Assembly (NCBI RefSeq): GCF_036588685.1
Contig: NC_086379.1
Location: forward strand, 31,744,001 to 31,808,000
Direction: 5' to 3'
Source of the DNA: Mytilus trossulus
Taxonomy: Eukaryota
Length of the DNA stretch: 64,000 nt
Both the position numbers and the translations under genes were made by a program. The notes beneath the pieces are model-generated. The model ran no database searches and was not told the DNA's origin. It saw only the letters and a program-made list of their open reading frames with translations. How positions within the stretch are numbered: the first letter of the stretch is position 1; every line of letters begins with the position of its first letter. Shown here piece after piece: positions 25,213-38,863 of the stretch.

Positions 25213-26645
25213 AAGAGTCTATCAAGGAACAATGCTGATATTAGCTGATCAAAGTTTGAGCTATTATACTTAAAGATAGTTTTATTTTTACCAGACTTTT
25301 CAAACATTCACTTTGATTTTAGTTTTAAGACTGAGATTGAATCTCCCTAAAACCAACATTGATCTACCTTGTGTAGGCTGTTCTATTGAGGTCACTATCT
25401 AGTTTTAAAGAGATTTTTCTTGCCAGTATTACTATGTTTTCTACAAAAGAATTAGGCGTTTCGAAAAAATTATTTCAGTCAATTATATATTTATTGGCTT
25501 TGACGATGAACAACCGAAGTAATGATGTTTCGATTCAAAACTTTTAAAAGTAAAATAAATAAGTAGTACATCATTATATTCATAGACAATCAAGAATGTA
25601 ATACCTGCTACTGCCTATCATCTTCAAAACTGTAAGATATTAATAACCACTTTTTAAAGCAAAAATTATCAGCAAACAGAGTTCTTCATAAAAGTAACCT
25701 TTTACCAAAATTGTTTGCTTACTTTTTATACAAGTTATTGACTTGAAATGATGATTATTACCTTTTTTGTGATTAAAGCAAAAAAGTTAAAGAACATGGA
25801 GAGAAATCGTAATAAGAAACAAATATCAGCACTACAATATCGACAAAAAAAAAGAGATTATCATCATGAAGTCTATTCTAGTCCACATTGTTGAAGTTTG
25901 TTCATTTTTGAATATGCATATATTCTTAGGGGCTCATATTTGATGAAGTTGTCAGATAAAAAAAAGTTATCAAAGATACCAGGATTATAATTTAGTACGC
26001 CAGATAAATGTCTGCTAAAACTGTATTGAAATGATAACTGATAGCTTTATTGTTCTGCTTCGTGTAAAATATATCAAAACTATTATTGTTAATTTCCTCA
26101 TGTCAGAAACGATAGACTGACGAGTAAATAACAAGTGTCGTTCACTTGTCAAATTTTGATCAGTCTATGAAATAGGTTGCCTTTTCTTGAAAAATCAGTA
26201 GTACAACATATGTTTAAAATCACGTAAATGTACTGAATATGCCTTTTATCAATAACGCTAAATGCTTCAAAGTTGATAGTGAAAACTTTGAAATTAGAAG
26301 ACCTGTTATGTTGATTAAACATAGAATTTGCAGGCACTTGTGTACTAATCGTAAAAAACATATATATAAATAAGATGATGTGGTAAACAACATCTCTCGT
26401 CAAGAGACCAAACCAAATGACACAGAAATTAACATCTTTAGAGGGCTACCGTATAGCCTTCAACGATGAGCAAAATGCTCATATATATAAACCTACACTG
26501 ACCATTTAAGGAAATCAGTAAATAAATAAATGTACGATTTTAAAATTAGGTCATTTGCCCATATTTTCAATATTATATCTTTATTCCTTTTATGGAAAAA
26601 TATTTGTTCCAAAACTCCCCACAGAGATATATATATATAGTAGAA

Positions 26646-26805
26646 CCCAGGTGGTCGTGTGGTCTAGCGGGACGGCTGCAGTGCAGGCGATTTGGTATCA
26701 CAATATCACAGTAGCATGGGTTCGAATCCCGGCGAGGGAAGAACCAAAAATTTGCGAAAGCAAATTTACAGATCTAACATTGTTGGGTTGATGTTTAGAC
26801 GAGTT
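26646..26805 (+). mobile_element. tRNA-derived (Leu/Ser-like) SINE-like module ending in (TA)n
   Basis: A box TGGTCGTGTGG, B box GGTTCGAATCC, tail hairpin AAATTTGC-GAAA-GCAAATTT; flanked by TA repeats. Confidence 0.75.
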
Positions 26806-27185
26806 ATATATATATATAATTGGTCTTTTGGAAAATGTTGTTTGTGCTGTTTTTAGACCCTTCTACAACGAAATTTGTTTGACATGCACACGTATAAAAA
26901 TTGCGATTTTTATCCAACGCAATCATAGGTTTGCACGTAGTTTTCAATTTAGACTCGTATATATATATTATATATATACAGCCATATATCACCACCATTG
27001 ATAGCGATCCGATGGATACATCTGTTGTAGAGTTGTCACTGACTCAGACGTACTTATGAATATAATTTTTTTCTGTGACTGTATCTTACATTAATTTGTA
27101 GGATCCTTTATTATAGATAATTTATCTGATCTGTAACAATAATATCTTCATGCCTTATATATCATGTACTGTAGTACGCCGCTAG

Positions 27186-27401
27186 ATTAAAACTGACGTA
27201 GAATGGTAACACATGGCCAGCGAAAGCTCTTATTTTGAGAGCTCAGGTGGTCGTGTGGTCTAGCGGGACGGCTGCAGTGCAGGCGATTTGTTGTCACGAT
27301 ATCACAGTAGCATGGGTTCGAATCCCGGCGAGGGAAGAACCATAAATTTGCGAAAGCAAATTTACAGATCTAACATTGTTGGGTTGATGTTTAGACGAGT
27401 T
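27186..27401 (+). mobile_element. Same tRNA-like module (27241-27401) with a 5' extension shared with the 55.6-kb copy
   Basis: Near-identical to 26646-26805; upstream ACTGACGT.GAA.GGTAACAC..GGCCA.CGAAAGC is shared with 55577-55633. Confidence 0.75.
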
Positions 27402-27865
27402 GTATATATATGTATATATATATACAATGACAAAGCATCAGATTTATTAGAGCACCTTATTTTACTGTCAACTGAACGATTCACCTCTTCAAAAGGATAC
27501 GTCACTCTTTTTTAAAATTTATATTACATTATTAGTGTCAAAGAAGTCTATACAAAATTCAACATGTTTGTCGATTATTCCGTTGAATGTGACAAATTGC
27601 TTTTATGATATTGAACTGTTCTGTGACCTTGCTCTAGAAAAGTCAGACAGACTTAATTAAGGTCATTCTATGTTTTAATATTGTTCTTTATCGTAATGTC
27701 ATTGTAGTTCTGTATTTTACAAACCAACAATATAATGGTGTACAAGATACAGTAGATTTTAGAGAACAAAAATAGAGCATTCATTTGCAATCTTAACTTA
27801 ACGTCAGAAGTGTTTTTCCAGATTTATAATTATGATTGAAAAATACAACAAACACATTACGTCAT

Positions 27866-28330
27866 ATATAGATAGAAGAAGATGTCGTATGAGTGGCACT
27901 CACTGTGACAATTCTATCCAAATAACAATTTGTAAAAGTAAACGATTATAAAACAGAGTACGGAATGCAAAACGGAGCTTTAAAGGGCCCATATATTACT
28001 AAAAGAAAAACCAATCAAACGGGAAAACCCACGGTCTAATCTTTCTAAAAACAAGAAACGAGAAACACATCAACAAGTGCCAACCACTTAACATCAGGTT
28101 CCTGACTTCATACAGGTGGACACAAATGAAGCGGCTTTTAACATTTTAATATGCACCTACCCCCACCTTAGCATTAAACAATAGAGTAACATCACAACAT
28201 AGAAAGACACACTATTGAGTATAAATTGAAATGGCTTTATTCAATCAAAAGACATATAAACAAATCAAGTGAACACATACGGAACGAATATATTTGATCT
28301 ATGACACAATATTCATACACAATTAAAATA
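27866..28330 (-). mobile_element. Older 3'-UTR-only copy of Penelope-like family 1
   Basis: Reverse complement is colinear with ~31100-31579. Confidence 0.75.
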
Positions 28331-29928
28331 CACAAAACCCACCCTAGATAAAATTGTCCTTGCTTGAAAGTGATCTTGTTATAGAAGGAATCTACAAATA
28401 AACATTAAGAATAATAACAAAAAAGAGGCGCAATGCAAACAAAAATAACGACAAAAGTTGGTTGCATTCCAAAGAATTTCATCTCCAGTAATGAATATGC
28501 TGTTCTAGATATACAGGTGACTTGTTTAATAGTTTTTTTTAATTTCTTTTCCCATTTCCCTTTAACCCCAGGATTGATTTTGGGGAAAACAAAAGAATGC
28601 GATAGAATTAATTCTTTAATTTTTATATTAGATAGCGATAGAAGATGACTAAAACAAAAGAAATCAGTTGTTAAATTTGAACCGACGCTTTAAAGGTTAA
28701 AATAGAATCAATTTAAATTGGTTAAAACAAATGTGTTATTGCCAATCTTGTATCAACGCAAATGGTTCATTTTCCACGTTTGTCATTGTTGCCGTTACAA
28801 TCTTTTTTTCGACGACAAACGGTTATATATTCAATAATGTAAGATTCTAAGTTTAAATTTTTTAACATAATTTTATGTTATTTACATGATATATATATTT
28901 TTTTTCAGGTGTTTAATATACTAGAGATTTTCTTGGGGAATAAATACATACTAAAGTTCAATATCCTAATAAGGTTTCAAAGATAACCAATTTATGAATT
29001 ACCAATATATATTATTATTTACACGAAAATAGATACATCCTGGGAATATGCTGACCGCAAGACTATTAATAATATCATATATAATATTGAAAACAATCAA
29101 TAATAAATAACTAACCTGGTCACCACTCTTAATTTGTCATTTCATTTCCGTGAACATATTATTAATTTTCAGGTATTCACTTTGATTTTTAAATGTAAAA
29201 TTCACAAATACTGAACTTCAGTTTAAACGACAAGTTAAAACTAAAACTCTAACTATCTTCAATGGTAGATTAGATAAACACATTACAGTGATACAGTGTT
29301 TAGCTACAAATGCTTTTGTTTGAAATGAAGTAATTTCCGATAATGCGTTTGGTGTTTACGCAGAGTTGTTCAATGACTGTTCATGCAATTCAATTGAAAA
29401 CCTTTAGCTTACTAGGTGAAATAAAACGATCACTGAACACTGTGATGATATACTAAGCAGTTAGCAAGCAAACGATTTGAGAAGAATGGACTTTTCTGCA
29501 GTCGAAATGTGCATGTTCATGTATGGAAACCGTTATATCAACTTGTGTTCATAAATATTTTTTTCTAACGACAGCACTCCGCAAACATTTTCTAATTTTT
29601 AACTACACCAGTTATGGCATGGTCGAAAAATTAAAGACAACACGAGAAGTAAAATTAAAACAGTAGATTATCGATGTTGATATCTCGTAAATCAATTAAG
29701 AAGACAAAGCAAGGCAACATGCATAAACTGAGGAAAATCGTATAACCTCAAAAAGGAGCGAGACAAGGTGCGTCAGAGTAGTCACCGCTATATGTGAGCA
29801 TAATCCGCCATGTAAATCCACAATCAGTGAACATATCGCAACCGGGAATATGACACAATTGATAAATTACCGATTAGACAATTATTTTGTTTTTTTAAAG
29901 ATCTAAGACTGTCAAAATGAACTAGCCA

Positions 29929-30566
29929 ATTTTTTCGTTGAATAATCCAGAGTTCTCTAAATATACTTCAGAAATTTACTCAAACGAACTTACTTTAACT
30001 AAATCTAACCTAAACAGCAGCAGTTGTCCTTTTCTAGATTTAGACATTTCAATTTCAAACGGGAAACTTCACACTAAAATTTACGACAAAAGAGACGATT
30101 TTTCATTTCCTATTGTTAATTTTCCTTTTTTAGACGGCGATGTGCCTTTGGCTCCATCATACGGTGTTTATATATCGCAACTCGTTCGGTTTGCCCGTGT
30201 GTGTTCTGATGTCATAGATTTTAACGAACGTAATCAATGCATCACTGGTAAATTGTTGTGTCAGGGATTTCGATACCATAAATTACTTAAAACTTTTACT
30301 AAATTCTTTCATAGATACAAAGATTTGATTAGTAAATTTGGCTATACCTGTAGAAAGCTTATTAAAAATGGTATTTCTCATCCTAAATTTTATGGTAATA
30401 TTGTACTTAAAGCGAGGAAATCACTATGTGATCTTGTAAACTCATCGAACCTTTAAACAAACTTATAAGTAAGGGTTATCGTACCAATATTGTAATTAGA
30501 TCTCTGAATATAGTTCACATTGGCACTAATATTGATTTTGTCATTAGAAAATTAAAACATAACTAA
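29929..30566 (+). pseudogene. Penelope-like RT C-terminal/thumb region with one frameshift near 30433
   Basis: CPFLDLDI...TKIYDKRDDFSFPIVNFPFLDGDVPLAPSYGVYISQLVRFAR. After the frameshift it continues CKLIEPLNKLISKGY...KLKHN* (TAA 30564-30566). No C-terminal GIY-YIG. Confidence 0.85.
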
Positions 30567-30701
30567 ATTTCATTATCTTTTGAGGCGAGATGTATAGGGG
30601 ACACAGCCACGTTTACTTTTATTTCTATAGAAGTCGCTCTTCACTATACTACTACCTGTCGATACATTTATTTTTGGCATTGCACAAGTCATGTCTTCTT
30701 T

Positions 30702-30759
30702 GACTATTAATGACGTTAAAATACTAAATCCCTGTGATGTGTTTTAGTCGATTTTAGTC
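30702..30759 (+). promoter_or_regulatory. Putative SECIS element
   Basis: GACTA tta ATGAC GTTAAAATAC t AAA tccctgtgat GTGTTTTAGT CGAT tt TAGTC: helix I, AUGA core, 10-bp helix II, AAA 12 nt after AUGA, 3' NGAN. Confidence 0.75.
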
Positions 30760-32191
30760 TCTGATGCATGATTTTTTACTATTAATTGGTTTTGGCTTTT
30801 AACTAGCTGTCAGTAACTGCGAGTACTCTCAAATCGTAATATCTTGTTAATTCGACCTGTTGATACTGTTTATAATGCTTTTTTGTCATTTTTTATTTAT
30901 ATGGATCTTTGCTGTATACCAGCTTTGATTATTTGTAATATCTTCAATTTTTCACTTATTCTTACAACATTTGTATAAACTTTAAGATTATAAAAAAACG
31001 TTTTTTTTCTAAAGTGAACATTGATTGGTTAAATATTTCTCAGTGTGTTTGAATTTGTTTGTTAGCCTTTTGGTCATGAATGTTTGTCTCTAATATTTAA
31101 TTAACTGTGCATTTGTATTCAGATATCGCAGATCAAATTTATTCGTTCATTGTGTAATCATACGTTTTTTGATTGAGTTAAGTCTGCCAATTGATATTTT
31201 ATCGTATGTTTTTATATGTTGTGATGTTATGCTATTGTTTCAGAAAAAGGGAGAAGGTTTGGGCCCATTAAAACGTTTATTCCCGCTGCAAATGTTTGCA
31301 CCTGTCCTAAGTCAGGAATCTGATGTACAGTAGTTGTCGTTTGTTTATGTAATATATACGTGTTTCTCGTTTCTCGTTTTGTTTATATAGATTAGACCGT
31401 TGGTTTTCCCGTTTGAATGGTTTTACACTAGTTATTTTGGGGCCCTTTATAGCTTGTTGTTCGGTGTGAGCCAAGGCTCCGTGTTGAAGGCCGTACTTTA
31501 ACCTATAATGGTTTAATTTTTGAATTGTTGTTTGGATGAAGAGTTGTCTCATTGGCACTCACACCTTATCTTCCTATATCTAGCCATAAATACAGATAGT
31601 ACAGAAATATTTTGCTACACGTATACAACTTTTGTCTTCATATTTTCGTTTTTCTTTTGAATAAAACAAACCATTTATTCATAAATTTATGTAATAATTA
31701 TGTCTACTATTTCATTTTCGCTTCAGTTATATCATCTTTAGTCCTCCTTCGCCTTTTTCATTCTTTTTTTTCCATCTTCTATTGATATGATAAAAGTTAA
31801 GAAAAGTATTAACCACTGAATTTCTAATAATAAACATCTTCTTTGAAAATCAGGAGCAATACTTTCTACAATCAGGATTAAATACTCGTAACATTTATTT
31901 GTATACTTTGAATGCCACAGACCATCTTGTATCCAGTATTGGTTGATGTTTGTACACGTCCAAATTACATTAGCTAAGACAAAGAAATACACATACAAAC
32001 CCAGACTCGAAATGAAACACATGAAATAGTATATGCTATGTTAGATTTCAATCAAGACTATATAAGCATTTTAAAATGGGCAAATTTAGCCCATTAATGT
32101 GGTGAACAGGACAAAATACTGATAGATGAGTGCTAACTAAAACAAAACTATATCATGATATCTCTAAAACAAATGTAAAGTATATCATATA

Positions 32192-32476
32192 TTTATAGAT
32201 TATCGTTGATTATCTCAACGAGATTGATTTTCTCGCTTGAGCTGGTACAGCGAAAGTGAGAAAAGCAATCGAGTTGAGATGACCAATGATAATCTGTTTA
32301 TCGCTATTTTACCTATGACGACGTAGTCAATTTCAATGTCAATTTCGTTAGCAACGCCACGTGGCCTCCTTAGTTTCTAGCGATAATTTTTCCATCTCAA
32401 GCGAGAAGCATGATAAGGAAATTATCACAAAAAAAAAAAAAAGATTAAAGGAAAAATGCACAAAATAGCGATAAAC
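32192..32476. mobile_element. Non-autonomous element: ~100-bp palindrome plus IR-bounded unit
   Basis: Hairpin 32197-32295; 15-bp perfect IR GTTTATCGCTATTTT (32296-32310) / AAAATAGCGATAAAC (32462-32476). Confidence 0.65.
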
Positions 32477-35400
32477 CCAGTTTATTAGTTACCTCTCAAA
32501 AAATTAGAATCAGGGATGCATACATACTGTTGATTCACAAGGGACTTCAAAAGAATTGCCAACTTCATTTATGGTAAACTTTGTCTAGATAAAAGAGAGG
32601 CGAAAGATACCACAGGGACATTCAAACTCATAAGTCGAAATTACAATGCTTGGAAAAGAAAAAGGTCAATAGACAAACAATAGTACGCAAAACACATCAT
32701 ACAAAAAAATAAAGACGAGCAACACGAACCCAATCAACAAATTGTTGGTTATCTCAAGTGCTCTGGAAGGGTAGGCAGATGTGACACCCGTTGTATTGCT
32801 TATGTAAGTATAAGCCAGCTGGTAATAAGTATAATTATGTAGGACATTCTGGAAAAGGGAAATGATGACAGATAAACAAGCCCTGGAATATCGTATGAAT
32901 TGGGGAAGATATATATACTCCGTATGCAGGGTTATCTAGACTGCTAAAACTTGTGCTGAAGATAAATTTTGTATTGCAAACTTTTCCCCCCATACACGAT
33001 CCGGTAAACAAATTCTCAATCAGTTTTTGGGTGTGAAATTGATTGAATAATAGAAAAAAAATAAAAGACTACTAAAAGAAGTAAACAAATGTAACGGCAC
33101 ATATACAAAAAAATTTGACAATTGCCAGTTATGTTATTACTTTGTTTATATTCAAAAGAACAACTTATTTTCCAACTTAAAAGACTTCTATGTATAAGTT
33201 GTAATAATGACGATGTTAACGATGCATTGATTCCAAGTAAAATTGAAAAGAATTAGTTAGTGGTTTTAACAGTTAAATGAATGTATGATATCTTCTTCAA
33301 ATCACTCAGTTGTATAAATGATCAAAGATATGAAACGAAATATGGTAGCATGCAGTTTAATGTAATTTTATTGGCAATTTAGTTATGAAGTGGCTGCTTA
33401 CTTTGATTGTTTGTTGCAATTGTGATATTTTATATTCAGTCTTGATGTGTTTTATTACCATAACAATATTAAAATATTGTGGTTAAATGACCACAATGAT
33501 CATTGAATTTTCCGAATTCGCCTTTTAAAAATTATTTCATGGAAACCTAGAATTTAGAATGAAATTATTGTAGCTTTAAAAAAAACCAATCAAAAGAATC
33601 CTGTGCTTGATTGTATACAAAGAATACACAGTAAGTACCAACATACACAATGCCAAATGTCTCTTGAAATCAGACAATGAAGAACGCAAAATTACTGTCG
33701 CTTCTAGACAAAATTATTAATCTTTGATACATACCATCATGTTAAAGGGATTTGAAGCTGTAATGATCAATCATGTGTTTTTTGTTTTACTTTTAACCAA
33801 GTATCAAATTGGTTCTTACCTATCTATATTGTTGATGTTTATTACCGTGATAACCTAAAAACATTTGAACTTTTTACGTAAAAAAGGATTAAATAGATAT
33901 AAGATTTTCCTCAACATTTATCATATTAAATTGTACAGTGAGTTAATGTCTATCCTTCGTTATAGTACTAATATAAAGCTGAAATTTAGAGATGCGTTGC
34001 CGTTTCGTCTTTTTCCAAAAAAGTAGATATGCATAAACTATTAATGTGTGAAAGTTTTTTGTACGCTTAACATCAAATGTTTAGAAATACAATCGAAACT
34101 CTTGAGGACATGAAATCTATAGCACTTTTTTGCAATTTTTATCCAAATCGAAACTAATGCCACTTTAAGATGAATTTTAGAACTCTTTTCACGGAACTAT
34201 CTAAACTGTTCATATTAGAACACTTACTGTCTAAACAAAAATCAGAAGATGCGGTACGATTTTCAATACGTCAACCTTACATCTGATATCCGCTAGAGAC
34301 CAATGTCTATTTATGCATATTTTGCTATTAATGTTTATATTGATTACGGGGTCATATAACCATCGTAATCTTCAGAGGTTATTGTAATAGTGTAAAAGGG
34401 GTATCGAGTCTCAAAATGTCTACTTCTGTGGTATCAAATGAATAATAAGAGTTTGAATCAATTTGGTTATGAATGTGGCAGTTTATGTAGCATGAAGTAA
34501 AATATTTCCGAGGGAGCTGAAACCTTGTTTATACGGTTAAACGTTAAATTTCCGATGAAAAGGGTTATCTGAATAATGTTGATACTGCCAACTGGCTACA
34601 TGGAGGATACGTAACTTCAACGTTCGTATCTCTTGTTAAAAAAACCACTTTGTCAGGCATTTGCCTGAACTTTTTAGCCCTTGTGACCATTGACCTTAGA
34701 TAAGCACTAAGCAACAACGTTATAAGTATCCTGTTTTTTTGTTTTTTAATATTTTTCAATAACATCTCCTCTATATAAATTTTTGAAATCAACATCAATT
34801 CTATGATGTAAACAAATACTAAAGTAGAACTAATAAACTGAAAGTCAGACAAGTGCATTACCCTAGTCAAACATTTAATAATGTCCAGCACTAAAGAAGA
34901 CAGGGAAATAAAACGTTCAAAAGTAATGCAATAAATTTAAGAGGTCCTCACTTAAAAATCCAGTTATGCGTTGTTTATTATATATCTTTCGTTGGAAATT
35001 CAATGCATGTAGCATTATCTCATAACAATTTGTCGAAATCCCTTTGTTAGACATGGTGTCGTCTAAAACATTACATAATTAATTAGCTTGCTATTTTTAC
35101 TGTGGCTCAATGACTCTTAAGAACAAAAAAGCATAGTTTGAGACTTAACTACATATATTTCATGTTCTCAACTCACTTATCATCATAAACGTTCATATTA
35201 ATGTAACAAAACAATGCAATTTAGAACCGCCAAGTACATTTATAGTCAATCGCTTTTGACAGCAATAATTTGCTATTCTATGATCGAACTGATGTACAAT
35301 CTTATATTTAAATATTGCATTGTTTATAAAATTATAAATAGTTGTAGAAGCTTTATATATATATATAGTTTTGAATAAAAAGTAAAATAACAACAACAAA

Positions 35401-36440
35401 AAAAGAACTCCAATGAAAATTATAGAAAGTTTATTATCAAATGGTCACATCAAACCCGCAAACAAATCACAATAAAAAATAGTTTAAAGAAATACGGTTA
35501 AATATAGTTTCTTATAGTTTCAATGAAATAGTTACAGAAATAATTGCATATGTCAAATTTGAATAATATTCTGTTTCAAACGGAAAAATTGATATAAGAG
35601 TGCCCTTGGGACTATTTTTCATTGAGGACTAACACAGTGTGTACATTTCTAACGGAATTTTAACATGTTTCCTCTGTTATTATACTTTCTCTCTCTATCT
35701 GTCTCTATGAGTGTATTTGAGAGTGTGTTCCCACACCAAATAACTGGATACTATTATTAATGATATCCTTTTTAGCTAACAATAGTATTCCGCTGTTTAA
35801 AAGTCATAAATCGATTCACTGAACACAACCCAAAACCGAGTTAAACACATCAACTATAGGAGGAAACCAACTGAATAACAAAAACACTGAACTGCTAAAA
35901 AAAAACCCAAAAAACGCCAACATAAAAGAAACGGACATCTATACTCTGACTTCGTATAGGACATTTTAAGAAAGATAATGGTTTGAACTTGGTGTTATAG
36001 CTAGCCAAACCTCCCGCTTATACGGTAATGTCAGAAAAAGTAAAACTCGTTTAATACCTACTTCAACCCGCATATTCGGTATTAAAAAAAAAACAAAAAA
36101 AAGAAAAAATATATTTTGTTTTGTTTTGGTCAACATCGTAGGTAATGTCTTTTTAATTTTATTGTCCCATTTAAAATTGTTGATGAAACTGAAAATACCT
36201 GACTTCAAAAATTGTGTTGACATCTTAAATATATACCTCAATACTAAAAGTAATTAGAAATTAGAAAAACTCAACTTGATAGGATGTATATTGAACCTAT
36301 GTGTATCTTCGAACCAATTTGATATATCAAGTTTATTGCCGTAAATAAAGTAGCCATATAGAGTTTATCATGTGATTTCGGAATATCGTTTTCCTAAATT
36401 TTGCATTCCTATACTTAAACCGAGTTCTTCTTCCTCAGTT

Positions 36441-36581
36441 AAATAATTCGTCAAGATGTTTTGTAGCTATGGAATCTAGAAATCATCAAATAATTCGTCA
36501 ATATGTTTTGTAGCTATTGAATCTAGAAATCATCAAATAATTCGTCAAGATGTTTTGTAGCTATTGAATCTAGAAATCATC
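36441..36581. repeat. Tandem repeat, 47 bp x3
   Basis: AAATAATTCGTCAAGATG... at 36441, 36488 and 36535. Confidence 0.9.
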
Positions 36582-38863
36582 AGCAAATCTTCTAGGAGAA
36601 CGAACCATGAAACTTTGAAATACTAATTTCAATGCAGAAGAACAACAGGAGGAGATAAACAATTATATACAAAAAATCAGATGTATGGAGTAACAATCGT
36701 CAACATAAATGACAAACAATTTAAACACTGTGAAGATTTTGATAACAAATACATGCCAGTCATATAGGCTAAGAACACACTGGTTCTAAATAAAAAAAAA
36801 AAGTTTAGCAACCAAACAAGTCTGAAATTTAACCAAACATATAATATACGATTTACATATTTAAACAAAATATTTATCAAAATTACTTGGAAATATCGTG
36901 ACGTTAAGTGATAGTTGACTGATTTAAATGTAACAAAAAAATAAAACTCAAGTTAAGATAGAACGCTATGCATCAGATGTGTCCGTCTAAAACTGTTTCT
37001 GTAGAATATCTTAATACAGACATGGTAAATTATGTGTGCTATATATCTCCCTGTATTGTTGTTTAAACCTTCACCGCGGTATCTATCTCATTTCAGGTGT
37101 TGCTTGAACGCTATAAAATGACATATGATAATTCTATTCAATTGATCAAATATTTACTTATTCAATGGATTCTCGAATGTTTAATATCAAAATGCAGTAA
37201 ATAGAATAATTTTACATTACCTGAAGTAATTTACCCTATATCCTGATTCCATGGCATTAATACTGTAACATTGCAGATAGAAAAAAAAGCCACTGTTTAT
37301 GTCTGTTTTATAAATCATTAACTGTGAAACTTAAAATACACTAAACTAGCTAGTTGTGTTACAAGAATATTTTATCGGCGTTTTTTTTCAATTTATTATA
37401 ATAGATTAGTTTAAAGTGTCTATTGAACTTGTAAACGGATCCTACCCTGGGAATAAACTGACCACAGGGAAGTCATAGATGTCATTTTCAATATTTTTAT
37501 AACAACATAACTGTCGTCAATCATAGACGGTTAACTAACTATTATTAACTGCAAAGGGAGATGTGATACAGTTGCCAATAAGACAACTATCTCCACAGAG
37601 TCAAAGCCGTGAATGTAAGCAAGTTTGTTATCCAAAAATTCTACAATTTCGAGGAAAAAGAACACAGAAAAAGACATACGCTTTCAATTTGATGTATTTT
37701 CTCACCTTCTGAAAATGCGTCATATGCTTGGGTGATTCAAGAATATTGAATGGGAATAGCTAGTTAAATGGTATAATTACGCAAAAATACCCATAAACAA
37801 GTCATGTCATATAACCATCTAACAGTCTTTCTTGTTTAACCTGCATTAATAATGAATTATTGTGCGAATGACTACCAAAATACAATAATGCCATTCAGGA
37901 GATTGCCAAAGATAAGGACGCCTGCAGCTGAGTATAAAGCAAACATTTAAACTTTGCAAATTAGACAGATTGTCCTATAAGAGAATATCAGTATAAAAAA
38001 TGACAAAAAAAACAAGGGAATACCATCGAGAAACCAAGAGAATAGATAACAACTAAGAAATGATTTACATACAACTTTTCGTTTCCTTCTCTTCGTTTCT
38101 CATTTCTTTTGAATCTACCGCTTTATACTATCCTCGAACGTTCTCGCGCTACTGCATTAAATGTCTTAGGTGTATTCGTCTAATACTCGAGAAAAGAAAC
38201 GGATATTCATATTCTCATAAGCAATTGCAGTCTTTTAATCGCTTAACCCATTTTTCAAACTATGATAGTATATTTTTCTTTAATTCTAAAGGTGTTTATA
38301 CATTTCACACTCTTCTACGACTATTTCTTTGGTTTTTTGTATCGAATGACAGTCTTTGACAAAAGGAGAGAGTTTTTTTTTTTTTAAATAACTTCAATTT
38401 GAAAAAAAAGGCAACAAATCGTTAAAACATTATCTTATAGATGAAAACTCTTCGTAGTAGCAAAGGTCTTTCAATTGAAATTGAAATATTGCTAAAAGTA
38501 TAGGATTTTATCTTCGATAAACGAGCCAAAATTTAAAACAAACACACACATACACCTGCAATCTATTGAAGGTTGCATTTACTGCGATGACAAAATTTTA
38601 AAACATAATTTTCTTTTTTTCAAACATTAATAAAAGCGATATGAAGATGGCTAAACTAGTATCCACAGTTTTTCTTAAAAAGATTGTGAAAATGGGGTTT
38701 ATATCAGTTTTTTTTTGTAAATATGAAAAAAAGTATTTTCACACTACAGGTAGTGCAAACGTGGCAAATTGTATAGAGTATGAATGAAAAACCCAGTTTA
38801 GTTCTATAAAAAGAAAAAACATATCATAAAATTTGTTGATATCATACCTTTAAATTAATAAAA

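Larger units (their letters stand above)
29929..31579 (+). mobile_element. 5'-truncated Penelope-like retroelement (probably Naiad/Chlamys type), family 1, with 7-bp TSD
   Basis: RT C-terminus plus ~1-kb 3' UTR, flanked by CTAGCCA at 29922-29928 and 31580-31586. Confidence 0.85.

Noticed and set aside
26646-26740. Functional tRNA gene, including tRNA-Sec given the nearby SECIS elements
   Set aside because: No proper acceptor or anticodon stem, no TCA anticodon loop, expanded middle, and three copies with a shared non-tRNA tail.
31738-32022. 94-aa minus-strand ORF as a possible exon
   Set aside because: No recognisable domain or convincing splice sites.
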